From the NCBI GenBank assembly GCA_020849535.1, contig JADLGB010000006.1:43534-107533 (forward strand): a stretch of 64,000 nucleotides of DNA. The letters are read 5' to 3'. Both the position numbers and the translations under genes were made by a program. How positions within the stretch are numbered: position 1 is the stretch's first letter; every line of letters starts with the position of its first letter. Of this stretch, positions 30,864 through 41,176 are shown piece after piece. The notes under the pieces were generated by a model. It was not told the origin of the DNA. It saw only the letters and a list, made by a program, of their open reading frames with translations, and did not search any database. The DNA is from Candidatus Hydrogenedentota bacterium. Its GTDB lineage: Bacteria > Hydrogenedentota > Hydrogenedentia > Hydrogenedentales > SLHB01.

Positions 30864-32503
30864 TGAACGGTTTACTGCCACGCAAAGAGGCTATCCGCGC
30901 GCTGCTGTGGGAAGACTGGCGGCGTTGCCGCTGGGCGTTTCTTGGAATCCTCGCGCTGGGAGCCGCGCTATCCCTGACGGGTTTTGCCGTGACCACGTAT
31001 TGGTGGCTGAAGGGTCACCATGATGTCGAGTTGGACGAAGAAGTCTACGCGTTGGCCGTGTGGCCGGTGTTCTTCTTCGCACTGTGGCTCGTGTTCTCCT
31101 TGTCGGATCCCAAGGATGTCACGCCGCGCATTCCCGCGCGGCACTATGCGCTGCCTGTGTCTCCGCGCAAGGTGGCGCTGGTGCACCTGCTCTTCCGACT
31201 GGCGTTGATTGGCGTGTTGATGGCGTTGCTGTCGGCGCTGGTCCAAATGGCGATGCTGACATTCGTGCCGGTGCAAATACTCGGGACGGCGGCCGGAGCG
31301 ATGGCCGGTTTTCTGGTCCTTCAATGCTTGGCGTGGACTTTCGGGAACTTTGGAGGAATACCTTTCTTTGTGTCGCTGGTCATGCTGCCCATAGTGCTTT
31401 CCGTCAGCAACGCGGAAGAGAAGCTCGGTTCAGTAATTCAGGCCACGGATGCGCTTGGAGTGCCGAGACTCTTCCTCCTGCTGATCGCGCTGCTCGGGAT
31501 TGGGTGGCTTGCGATCGAAGGCGCGCGTATGGGCCGCCATGTGGATCCATCGTTGCCGCTTCTTTGGCGCATCGGTTTCCTGAGATTGGGGTGGCGTCCT
31601 CGTGACGGAAAGGTCAGTCCCCTCAAGGCGCAGGTCAATTATGAATGGAAACGCAAGGGAAGGCTGCTGCCGGTCTTGACGCTGAGCTTCGTCGCGGTTG
31701 CAGTGTTCTTCTTTGTCACGTATGCCGATACCAGTGTCCCTCGGAATAGGCTCGGCGCCCTCGGGCTCTCGATGATGTTGTTTCCTGTCTATGCGGCACC
31801 AATTGCGGCAATTCTCGCCGGGGTACTCGGGCCGCTCGACGATTACCGGCAGCGCATCTCCGGTGTTGGGCTCTTTCTGTTCACGCGCGCGGCAGACAAC
31901 GGACTCCATTCGCGAGCCCGGCTCATCATGAGTCTAAAGTCGGTCAGCGTGACGATGGGTTCCTGTCTCCTCATCATGTGCGGTGGCGTCGTCCTGACGA
32001 CAATCGCACGGCCAGAGACTCTTCTTCATTACTACGCCAACCTCTCGTGGACCTGGTTGCCGGGAGCGGTCATGATCGCGGCGAGCTATGTCTTGATGGT
32101 GTGGACGCTTTACTGGATGGCCATTCCTGGAGCGATTCTCTGGTTCTGGTTGGTGTTGGTGACGATCAGTAATGAGCTGATTGACGGCGGTACCCACCCG
32201 TTCTTCGCGTTCATGCTAGTCTGGCCACCGAGTCTCGCAATGATCGCAGCCACGATCTATGTGGTGAGGCGAAACGCGCAAGCCGAGACGCCATTCCCGT
32301 GGGCATCCAGACTCGCGATTTACACGTCGGTCGCGGCGCTGTGCGTGATCGCGTGGGTCGGCGACTTCAATTCCATATGGGATTCGACGGTGGCGCAGTT
32401 CGGCATGCTCACGGTGCTTCCCGCCATTTTGGCGCTGGCGCTGTGCCCGGCCTTTCCCATACTCGCGCAACCGATGCTCGTCGAGCGTTTGCGCCGCGGC
32501 TGA
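30860..32503 (+). CDS. Multi-TM membrane protein, probable ABC exporter permease
   Basis: About 12 or more TMs. ALLWEDWR and YEWKRKG half-repeats. Coupled to the ATPase gene. Confidence 0.75.
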   Translation: MMNGLLPRKEAIRALLWEDWRRCRWAFLGILALGAALSLTGFAVTTYWWLKGHHDVELDEEVYALAVWPVFFFALWLVFSLSDPKDVTPRIPARHYALPVSPRKVALVHLLFRLALIGVLMALLSALVQMAMLTFVPVQILGTAAGAMAGFLVLQCLAWTFGNFGGIPFFVSLVMLPIVLSVSNAEEKLGSVIQATDALGVPRLFLLLIALLGIGWLAIEGARMGRHVDPSLPLLWRIGFLRLGWRPRDGKVSPLKAQVNYEWKRKGRLLPVLTLSFVAVAVFFFVTYADTSVPRNRLGALGLSMMLFPVYAAPIAAILAGVLGPLDDYRQRISGVGLFLFTRAADNGLHSRARLIMSLKSVSVTMGSCLLIMCGGVVLTTIARPETLLHYYANLSWTWLPGAVMIAASYVLMVWTLYWMAIPGAILWFWLVLVTISNELIDGGTHPFFAFMLVWPPSLAMIAATIYVVRRNAQAETPFPWASRLAIYTSVAALCVIAWVGDFNSIWDSTVAQFGMLTVLPAILALALCPAFPILAQPMLVERLRRG

Positions 32504-32521
32504 GACCGAAAAGGAGGAACC

Positions 32522-34366
32522 ATGCGTTCGTACAAGACACACTCCCTAGGTCCCATCGGCGCGCTTCTGTGGGAGAACTGGCGGCTGACGTACCTCGCGT
32601 TCGCTGTGGCATTCGTACTGGGCGCTGGCGTGACGCACTCCCTCGCCGAAGTGCACAGGCTACAGCCCAATACCATGTGGGAAGACCCTGTCTTGCCCAG
32701 TTACGCGATGTGCAGCTTTGCGCTCTTTATGTATGGAGCCATTCTTCTCTTCTCGCTCGCAGACCCGAAGAGCTTGACCATGCGGATTCCGGCACGGCAC
32801 TACACGCTTCCCGTGAAGACGAGTTGGATGGTCGCCGCGCATCTGGCCTACCGCGTGCTGAGTTTCACGTTGCTGGCGCTGGCATTATCCACGTTGTTGC
32901 GGGTGGAGTTTGGCGAGTTAATCGAACACAGCCTTGCGGTAGACATGGCGGTTGCGGTGCTCCTCTTCAGCTACGTGCTGGCAGTGGCGTGGTCGTGGGG
33001 TACGATGCGGCCTCTGGCCACCGCGATAATTGCAGCGGCGCTGCCCGCCATAGCCATCGGAGCCCTGATCGTCCTAGACGAGAGCAGACAACCCCCGGCC
33101 ATGCCCATGTCCGGGGTGTATTCGCAGAGACTGGGTCTAGCCGGTTCTGAGGGGACTCGTGGGGGGCGTCGCCGAGATGCTGCTTCTCTCTTTGCGCAGT
33201 CGGAATTGGCGGCGCAGAATCTGGCGCGCGAGCGCGCTTCAGAGCAGCGCGGACGCGGCGAACTTGGCGCCCGGCGCCGGATAGGCGCGGATGCTACGGC
33301 GATTCGTCAGGCGGAGATGGAATCAGCGGCCGCGCCGCGCCCAACGGAGCCTTCGACCATTCTGTTTGGCATGTTTGGTGTCGCCGCGGCACACCTCTTA
33401 ATTGCGTTCGCCTGCGGACTGCGCGGGCGAACCGGCGCCGATGGGAGTGCGAGTTGGGGTCGTGTGGCCGCCAGGGTACTTGGAAGTGGCCCGAGAATTA
33501 CGTCCACGGCGCAGCAGGCCCAGATGTGGTACGAGTGGCGCCGGAAGGGTTATGTGTTTCCCGGGATGACGCTCTGCTTTGTCATCGTCTCGGGAATCGT
33601 TGCACTCTGCTTCGATGGCGAGATTGACGACCTTCCCGGGTTTCTGGTTGTTGCTCCTGCGTATGCCTCGGTTTTCAGCGCCTTCTTCACGGGATTGTAC
33701 ATGCTTTCCGTGGACTACCGGCACGCGTCATCCGGTTTGTCGACGTTCCTGTACACGCGGCCTTTGTCGACCGATGCATATACGCGGGCCAGGCTTCGTA
33801 TGAGCGTGCAGAGCGTGCTCTTGAATCTGTGTCTGTGTATTGCCTGTGCGCTGGTTGGCTTTTCCTTGTCGGGAGGACGGGAAATCGCAGGGGAACTGGA
33901 GGAGGTGTCCTTCTTTGTCTTCGCCTTCCTCGCCTACGGGTTGCTGCTCTGGTCGCTGCTGTGGATGAGCATCCCGGTGCTCGTCTATCTCTTCTGGTTT
34001 GGATGCTACTTCTACTATCAATCCATGGTGAATTCGGATTTCTCGCGGGTCAGCGAGTACACCCACATGTTCTGGCTGGTGTGGATTCCCGCGGTGGCGG
34101 TTGCGGTGATAACCGCCGCAGTGTGGCGCCACCCCACTACGTGGCAGACATTATCCGATGCCACGTTGTCGCGCGCGCGCAGGATGATGGTGGCGGCCTT
34201 GTTCATTATGGGGATGGGCCTGTGGCTGTCAGGCGAACTCGTCACGTCGGATGCACTCGTTTTCGAGGGATTCACCGTCATACTGGCAGTGGTGGGGCTG
34301 AGCATGGTGCCCGCGCTGGCCATCATCTCGCAGCCATTGCTGCTGGAGAAGTTGCGGCGGAGGTAA
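32522..34366 (+). CDS. Paralogous multi-TM probable ABC permease
   Basis: Shares ALLWExWR, RIPARHYxLPV, YEWxRKG and QPxLxExLRR with the upstream gene. AGGAGG RBS. Confidence 0.75.
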   Translation: MRSYKTHSLGPIGALLWENWRLTYLAFAVAFVLGAGVTHSLAEVHRLQPNTMWEDPVLPSYAMCSFALFMYGAILLFSLADPKSLTMRIPARHYTLPVKTSWMVAAHLAYRVLSFTLLALALSTLLRVEFGELIEHSLAVDMAVAVLLFSYVLAVAWSWGTMRPLATAIIAAALPAIAIGALIVLDESRQPPAMPMSGVYSQRLGLAGSEGTRGGRRRDAASLFAQSELAAQNLARERASEQRGRGELGARRRIGADATAIRQAEMESAAAPRPTEPSTILFGMFGVAAAHLLIAFACGLRGRTGADGSASWGRVAARVLGSGPRITSTAQQAQMWYEWRRKGYVFPGMTLCFVIVSGIVALCFDGEIDDLPGFLVVAPAYASVFSAFFTGLYMLSVDYRHASSGLSTFLYTRPLSTDAYTRARLRMSVQSVLLNLCLCIACALVGFSLSGGREIAGELEEVSFFVFAFLAYGLLLWSLLWMSIPVLVYLFWFGCYFYYQSMVNSDFSRVSEYTHMFWLVWIPAVAVAVITAAVWRHPTTWQTLSDATLSRARRMMVAALFIMGMGLWLSGELVTSDALVFEGFTVILAVVGLSMVPALAIISQPLLLEKLRRR

Positions 34367-34466
34367 AGGGGCGGGGTCGAAGATGACCGGCGAGGCCGCC
34401 GGTCCCACACATGATTGTCCCTCACGTGATTGTCCCTCATGCAAGTATACACGGGGGAGGTGCAGC

Positions 34467-35357
<891 letters not shown>

Positions 35358-35446
35358 GAGGTTCGCCGAAAGAGCGGTCGCGGAGCCTCACCACGAAAGC
35401 CAGGAAACATGCAGCGCGGCATGGGCGCAGCCAAGGAAGAGGGACT

Positions 35447-35660
35447 GTCCGCAGATGACGCGGATGAGCGCAGACGAACGCGGAGGAACGCGAATGAACG
35501 CGAATGAACGCCAATAGAGAAGGGCGATTTACCGAAACTGCGTGTGGTCTCTTGAGGTCTGAAGGACCGGCCCCATACTAGCCCAGGGCAGAGCGAAGCG
35601 CCGCCCTGGGTCCACACCGCCTTCCCCCTAGTCTTGAGCGCTGAAGGCGCGGCACGAGGC
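35447..35660. repeat. Degenerate 9-10-mer array plus AGCCCAGGGC...GCCCTGGG hairpin element
   Basis: CGCAGATGA/CGCGGATGA/CGCGAATGAA array at 35447-35515. Palindromic element at about 35580-35610. Confidence 0.6.
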
Positions 35661-35857
35661 CCAAGAGACGCGGTTACAAACCGCGTCTACGATGACGCTT
35701 CTCCCCCCTGACTCTTTACTAAAGCGCCGCGTGCGAAGGGCTGCTCCCCACGTGTGGCCTGAACGGCCAGAATGCTCAAAGTCTAATGCGGCATGACCTC
35801 GGCCAGACGAAGATAGTTGTCCACCGATCGCACCGATACTGAAGGTGGATGAAGAAG

Positions 35858-36553
35858 TCACCTCTCGCAAACATACGCCATCAAGAATCCTGAGCAGTCC
35901 TTCCGCAGGAGTCTGAGTCCTGCGCGGTTCAGCATACCTTCGAGGATCCAATCGAGCGTGGAGAATTCGGACTTGATGTGCCGAATCGTCTTCTCCGCGA
36001 AGTCATCGCCCCCTTGTTTGCGTATACCGGCAATGAGCGCCTCGAAATAGGCGTCGAAGTCCGGCGTCTGCGAGGGAAACACGACGTCCCGGAGGTAGAA
36101 GCGTCCGCCTTTTCGCAGCTTCTGGGCGATGTTGTCGAGTGCCCGGGCCTTCCAGAAATCGGGAAGGTGGTGCAGCGCCAGTTGTGAAACGATGGCATCC
36201 ACTTGAGTTTCGGGCTGAAATCCAGAGAGGAAGCCGCCCAATGCGAACTCGACGTTTTCAACGCCTCGCTCTTCCGCCTTGCGGCGTGCATACGCCAGCA
36301 TGACGGGCGAGACGTCGGACGCGATGACCTTCTTGCACGTGCGGGACAAGTGGAGCGCGCACTCCCCTGTTCCGGTGCCGATTTCCCAAACCGTGAAGCC
36401 TGGTTCGATCGCGATCGCTTCCGCAATACCGGCGGCTTCCTTCGCCACGTCGCGAAGGCACTGCATGCGCTCATCGTACTCGCGGACTTCATTCTCATCG
36501 CGGTAGTCCGTGCCAATCTGGACCGATTCATCGTATTGCCATGGGTGCGTCAT
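35858..36553 (-). CDS. Class I SAM-dependent methyltransferase
   Basis: EIGTGTG, SDVSPVML, ALHHLPDFWK, GGRFYLRD. Confidence 0.88.
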   Translation of the reverse strand: MTHPWQYDESVQIGTDYRDENEVREYDERMQCLRDVAKEAAGIAEAIAIEPGFTVWEIGTGTGECALHLSRTCKKVIASDVSPVMLAYARRKAEERGVENVEFALGGFLSGFQPETQVDAIVSQLALHHLPDFWKARALDNIAQKLRKGGRFYLRDVVFPSQTPDFDAYFEALIAGIRKQGGDDFAEKTIRHIKSEFSTLDWILEGMLNRAGLRLLRKDCSGFLMAYVCER

Positions 36554-36769
36554 AGGTATCCTTACAAAATCAATGCATACGTGGGCCGTGACAGACGGCC
36601 CACGCACGCGAGCTTACCTAACGTGCAGGATGTCAGAAAAGTAACGCACATGCTACATGGCTTTCGCACTACTGGAGAGTACCGAATTATCGGATAATGC
36701 TTCCCGTGTATTTTCGGACATGTTCCGAGTTCTTGCGGATTTCTCGCAAAGTCTGGGCCCGGTGAAAAA

Positions 36770-37045
36770 GTCCCGATAGGGACGACAGATAATAGCCCAG
36801 CGATTCATCGCTGGGTCCGCGGGACCCCATACTTCCCAAGCCCCGGCAGGGGCGAAAGAGTCCATACCAGCTCCAGTACCACGTATTTCACGTCATGCTT
36901 CTCATGCAAAACATCCCATCTATTCTTGAACATGGTCTTCCGATGATACCTCGCCTGCTCTATCGTCCCTGACGGGACTCGTATTCTGGTTTCCAGGCTA
37001 CCCAGCGATGAATCGCTGGGCTATTATCTTTCGCCCATACGGGCT
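36770..37045. mobile_element. Non-autonomous IS200/IS605 (Y1)-type relic or MITE
   Basis: Inverted GATAATAGCCCAGCGATTCATCGCTGGG arms and TCCC-N3-GGGAC hairpins. Internal minus-strand peptide IEQARYHRKTMFK...KHDVKY resembles a Y1 TnpA C-terminus. Confidence 0.6.
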
Positions 37046-37154
37046 GAAATCACCCAAGACGGAGGCTCGGATGGAGACACGCGTTTCCTGGTCATTTCGC
37101 GTCGGCACCAAGGGAAAGCGCAGGGAGCTGGCATACTCTGCGGCAAGTGAAGAA

Positions 37155-37178
37155 GCCGGCAGGGATGCCGGCGCTCCT
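37155..37178. repeat. Solo GCCGGCAGGGATGCCGGCGCTCC REP-like palindrome
   Basis: Identical to the sub-element in the 14.6 kb and 28.1 kb repeats. Confidence 0.8.
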
Positions 37179-37383
37179 GACCACGTGCAGGCATGCGCCG
37201 CGTTTGGGCGGAAGCATGGCTTGGTCTGGTATACTACGTGAGGGGATGGAGTGCCGTCTCGCCGCCATACCGTGGCGCGGCATTAATTTGTCTTCCGGCC
37301 TTCCTCCGCCTATACTTAGGAGTCGCCGCGTTGCGGTGCGAGCACTCATTGCTCGGAAACGTCTGTAGACAGAGGGAATCACG

Positions 37384-38001
37384 ATGAAACGATTCGCCGT
37401 GTTGGCCGTGTTGTGTCTCGCCGCCTTGGTTGCGTGCAAGAAGCCTCCGCCTGAACCACCCACTCCGCCACCCCCACCGCCTCCTACCGCTGAGGCGTTG
37501 GAGCAGCGCGTCATGGAGAAAGTGGGACCGCTCGTCAGCCCTGACCCACAAAGCGGCAAGGCGATGGTGGAGACCCTTTCCAAAGAGGTGGCAAGCTTGA
37601 AGACGGAATTGAACGGCGAAAGCGCGCGCAAACGCCTTCAAAATCAGTTCGTCGAGAAGCTGAAGGAAGCCCACCAATCCGAACAGTGGGACTTTGTCGT
37701 GAACTTGTGCGACGCGGTGGACGTGCTGGACCCGGGGAATACCCGGACGTCGCGGTATCGTCAGCGCGCCATGGACGAGAAGAGCCGTCCGGTGGTCACG
37801 ATGAAGGGGGTCTTTGAGCAAGATGGGGTGACCACGGTCTTTCTGGAGATCTTGCTGCCCACTACTGGGGAAGTCGTCGACAAGCAGGTCCGTGAGGGCG
37901 AAGAGTTCTATGGGCTCATCCTCGAGAAGATCATTGGCAACAACCAGGGTGTGCGGCTGAAATACCTCAAGACGGACACGTCGTTCGACGTGAAGAAGTA
38001 G
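37384..38001 (+). CDS. Lipoprotein of unknown function
   Basis: LVA|C lipobox, poly-Pro linker, C-terminal beta domain containing VREGEEF. Confidence 0.85.
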   Translation: MKRFAVLAVLCLAALVACKKPPPEPPTPPPPPPPTAEALEQRVMEKVGPLVSPDPQSGKAMVETLSKEVASLKTELNGESARKRLQNQFVEKLKEAHQSEQWDFVVNLCDAVDVLDPGNTRTSRYRQRAMDEKSRPVVTMKGVFEQDGVTTVFLEILLPTTGEVVDKQVREGEEFYGLILEKIIGNNQGVRLKYLKTDTSFDVKK

Positions 38002-38029
38002 GTTCGAGAACGCGGAGGATCCCGGCGCC

Positions 38030-38722
38030 TTGAGCGTAAGGTTCAGACTGCGTATCGCCGCGCGATTGGCGCCGCTGGTTATACTGGGGTTCGGCGGCTG
38101 CGACGTAGACCAACTACCGCAGCCGCCTGCCGTCCCCGGGCAGACGCCTGAGACGAAAGAGGCGATCCAGGCGGAGATCGAGGCGGGCCTGCAACCGATA
38201 TACGATTTTGTGGGGACCCTCACGCGTCAAACGCCGCTACCTCCCGGATATGCGGAACAGTCGCTGGCATACGTGCAGGGGGTCGTATCGAAGTACTCCG
38301 GGACTCCCGCGGGCCAAGAGGCGTTGCACGGCGTGGAACGTCACCTCGAGGACGCGCTCAAGACAGCCCGCGAAGCCCAGAACGGCCTCGCCGTCCTGAT
38401 GATTTGCAGCTTGATCCGGACCATCGACCCCGATAATCCGCGTCTGGCGCGACACGAGGAATGGGCAACCATCGAAAAGAACCGGCCCGTGGTCATGCTG
38501 CGCGGGTGGTATGAGGACCGCGAGTCGAATCCGCCCACCGTGAATGCGTTCCTTGAGGTGTATCTGCCGGAGACCGGCGAGGTCCAGCATCTCCGGGTGC
38601 GCGAAGGCGAGGAGTTTCTGGGCCTGAAGTTCCACAAGATCATCGGGAAGCGCCGAGGCATGCGGATGGAGTATCTCAGAACAGGGGACCTCTTCGAGGT
38701 GTACATGCGCTCATGGCAATGA
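38030..38722 (+). CDS. Paralogous putative lipoprotein
   Basis: FGG|C. Shares RPVV...FLE..LP.TGEV....VREGEEF.GL...KIIG with the upstream gene. Confidence 0.8.
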   Translation: MSVRFRLRIAARLAPLVILGFGGCDVDQLPQPPAVPGQTPETKEAIQAEIEAGLQPIYDFVGTLTRQTPLPPGYAEQSLAYVQGVVSKYSGTPAGQEALHGVERHLEDALKTAREAQNGLAVLMICSLIRTIDPDNPRLARHEEWATIEKNRPVVMLRGWYEDRESNPPTVNAFLEVYLPETGEVQHLRVREGEEFLGLKFHKIIGKRRGMRMEYLRTGDLFEVYMRSWQ

Positions 38723-40443
38723 TCGGCGAAAGCGGGTTTCGGTTCCTGGTCTGTCTTGCGGTGGTGTCGGCCGCGTTCGTGGCCTACGTCAACACCTTTC
38801 CCGGCGACTTCGTGTGGGACGACGTGTCCTCGGTGTTGCTCCACGAAGATGTGACCAACGGCCGCCTCACGGAGCTGTTCACGAAGGACCAGCACGCCTA
38901 CGGCCGTGGCCAGGGGAACTTCTATCGCCCGCTGGTCTCAACGTCGTTTCTCGTCGATTTCGCCCTGTCCAAGGCCGGTGATCCCACCCCTGCCCCCAGC
39001 CCGGAGGAGGTGCCTCGCGTCAGTCCGTTCTTCTTCCACATCACCAACGTGTTGTGGCATGCGGCCGCCGCGCTGGCCTTCTTTCTGGTGCTCGCGCGCC
39101 TGGGCGCGCCGCGCTTCGTCCAGGCTGCGGTGCCGCTCCTGTATGTCGTCCACCCGCTCCACACCGAGGCCGTAGCGTACATCAGCGGCCGCGCCGACCC
39201 CATGGCGGCGGCCTTTGGATTCGCCGGGCTGTTTTTCGCCCTTGGGAGTGGCAGGCGCTGGATGGGCGCGGTGCTCTGTTGGGTGTGCTTCGCACTCGCA
39301 CTGCTCTGCAAGGAGTCGGCGACGATCTTTCCGTTCGTGTTGCTCGCGCTTGTCATCGGTATGTGGGTGAAGCGCAAGGCGGGCGAAACAGAGGCGGCTC
39401 CAGCCAGCACCCCGCCGTATGCCGCATTGATTGGTTCATTCGCCTTGGTGGTGGTCTATGGCATCCTCCGAATGACCGTGCTTCGCTTCTCCGATGAAAC
39501 CAGCGCGAACACTTCAGGCCTGCTGACCCGCACCGTGGAATCCATGCAGTCGCTCGCGGTGTATGTGAAGCTGATTGTCGCGCCCACGAACCTGCATATG
39601 GAACGCACGTTGGCCGAGGTGCCCGGCTGGGCGGCTCTGGCGGGGCTGCTCGTTGTGGCCGTGATTCTCGCGGTGGCCGTTTGGGCCTTGAAGACCGGAA
39701 GGACGCGCCTCTGGTTCGGCGCGGCGCTCTTTCTGATCACCTGGATTCCCATTTCCGGGATCTTCCCGCTGAACGCGCCCCTGGCCGAGCACTGGATGTA
39801 CGTGCCCTTGGCGGGCTTTCTCACGGTCGTGTTTGAACTCTTCGCGCCAGTCGGCCGTAACGCCGCGCTGCGGACCGCGCTCGCATTCGCGATCTTTCTC
39901 GCGGGGACCTTCTTCCTGTTGCAGACGGTCACGCGCAACCGGGACTGGCGCAGCAATGAATCGATCTACCTCGCGACCCTGGAGGACAATCCCAACTCGA
40001 TTCGCGTGAACTACAATCTCGCGGTCACCTATGAAGACCTGTCGGGCAATATCGCCGGCGCGAGGCGCTACTACAATCGGGTGGTCGCGCTGTACGCGGA
40101 CAAGAAGGCCAAAGACGCCACCCTGGCCGACACCTATTGGGAGGACGAGCTGGAGTCTCACGTGTCGCTCGGGCGGATCTACTTCGAGCAACAGCGTTAC
40201 CAGCCGGCCGCCGAGCATTTCGGGACTGTGCTTCGCGTCGAGCCCAATGAGCAGACGCGTCAGGCGGTGGGCACGGCGTTTCTCGGCATGGCCGAGACGC
40301 TCGCGGCGGTGCGGCAGTTCGACAACCTGCGTACCATGCTCGAGAGCGGTAGAGCCAAGTTCCCGGAGCTACAACAGCAGATCGACACGATGCTTCAAGC
40401 CCTGCCGCCAGCGACCTCGGGTGCCGCGCCCGGGCAGTCCTGA
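38719..40443 (+). CDS. TMTC-like GT-C glycosyltransferase (putative protein O-mannosyltransferase) with TPR
   Basis: FVWDD, YRPL, HPLHTEAVAYISGR, KES, AEHWMYVP, RNRDW, C-terminal TPRs. ATGA overlap. Confidence 0.85.
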   Translation: MIGESGFRFLVCLAVVSAAFVAYVNTFPGDFVWDDVSSVLLHEDVTNGRLTELFTKDQHAYGRGQGNFYRPLVSTSFLVDFALSKAGDPTPAPSPEEVPRVSPFFFHITNVLWHAAAALAFFLVLARLGAPRFVQAAVPLLYVVHPLHTEAVAYISGRADPMAAAFGFAGLFFALGSGRRWMGAVLCWVCFALALLCKESATIFPFVLLALVIGMWVKRKAGETEAAPASTPPYAALIGSFALVVVYGILRMTVLRFSDETSANTSGLLTRTVESMQSLAVYVKLIVAPTNLHMERTLAEVPGWAALAGLLVVAVILAVAVWALKTGRTRLWFGAALFLITWIPISGIFPLNAPLAEHWMYVPLAGFLTVVFELFAPVGRNAALRTALAFAIFLAGTFFLLQTVTRNRDWRSNESIYLATLEDNPNSIRVNYNLAVTYEDLSGNIAGARRYYNRVVALYADKKAKDATLADTYWEDELESHVSLGRIYFEQQRYQPAAEHFGTVLRVEPNEQTRQAVGTAFLGMAETLAAVRQFDNLRTMLESGRAKFPELQQQIDTMLQALPPATSGAAPGQS

Positions 40444-40507
40444 CGAGGGGCCAGGCGGATAGAACTGGGTCAGAGGGCGCTGGGGCGCCCGAGCGGTAAG
40501 GAGCACC

Positions 40508-40930
40508 ATGCTAAAGCAACGGCTGATTCACCCCGAAATCCTCGAAGCGCTGGCCGCGGCCGGCCACGGATCGCGCATTCTAATTACGGACGGTAACTAT
40601 CCCGGTAGTACGCGATTGGGCGAGAATGCGTCATTGATCTACCTGAACCTCGCTCCCGGACTTGTCAAAGTCACGGATGTGCTTTCGGCCATTCTTACGG
40701 CCATTCCCGTCGAGGATGCCGCGGTGATGGAACCGGAAGAGGGGCCGCAACCCGCCATCTTCGCGGAGTTCCAGCGCATGATGCCGTCGATCGAGCTGAC
40801 GCGCTACGGGCGTTATGAGTTCTATGAGGAGGCGTCCGGTCCGGACACCTGTCTTCAGGTTGTGACGGGGGAACAGCGCATTTACGCGAATTTGTTACTA
40901 ACGATAGGCGTGGTAATGCCCCAGGAATAG
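40508..40930 (+). CDS. RbsD/FucU-family sugar mutarotase/pyranase
   Basis: GHGSRILITDGNYP, RYEFY, TGEQRIYANLLLTIGV. Confidence 0.92.
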   Translation: MLKQRLIHPEILEALAAAGHGSRILITDGNYPGSTRLGENASLIYLNLAPGLVKVTDVLSAILTAIPVEDAAVMEPEEGPQPAIFAEFQRMMPSIELTRYGRYEFYEEASGPDTCLQVVTGEQRIYANLLLTIGVVMPQE

Positions 40931-41090
40931 TGGACCGAAAACGCACGCCGACGGGCATGGATTTCGTGGTTTTCGTAAGATTGTGCAATGAGTCTGGACC
41001 GGGAAGACGCTTGTTCCATGCGCTGAAAAACACAGAACTTGCGTCGTTTTTGGGGAGCGCGTTCGCACTGAAAAGGAAGGCAGGGTTTTC

Positions 41091-41119
41091 TTGACACCTT
41101 GGGTACCCCATGCTAGAAT
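41091..41119 (+). promoter_or_regulatory. Near-consensus sigma70 promoter
   Basis: TTGACA-17-TAGAAT with a TGn extension. Confidence 0.75.
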
Positions 41120-41176
41120 GGCCGTGCTCAACTGGGTGGATAAGTCCTTCTTTTACAATCCATGGAGGTGGATTCG

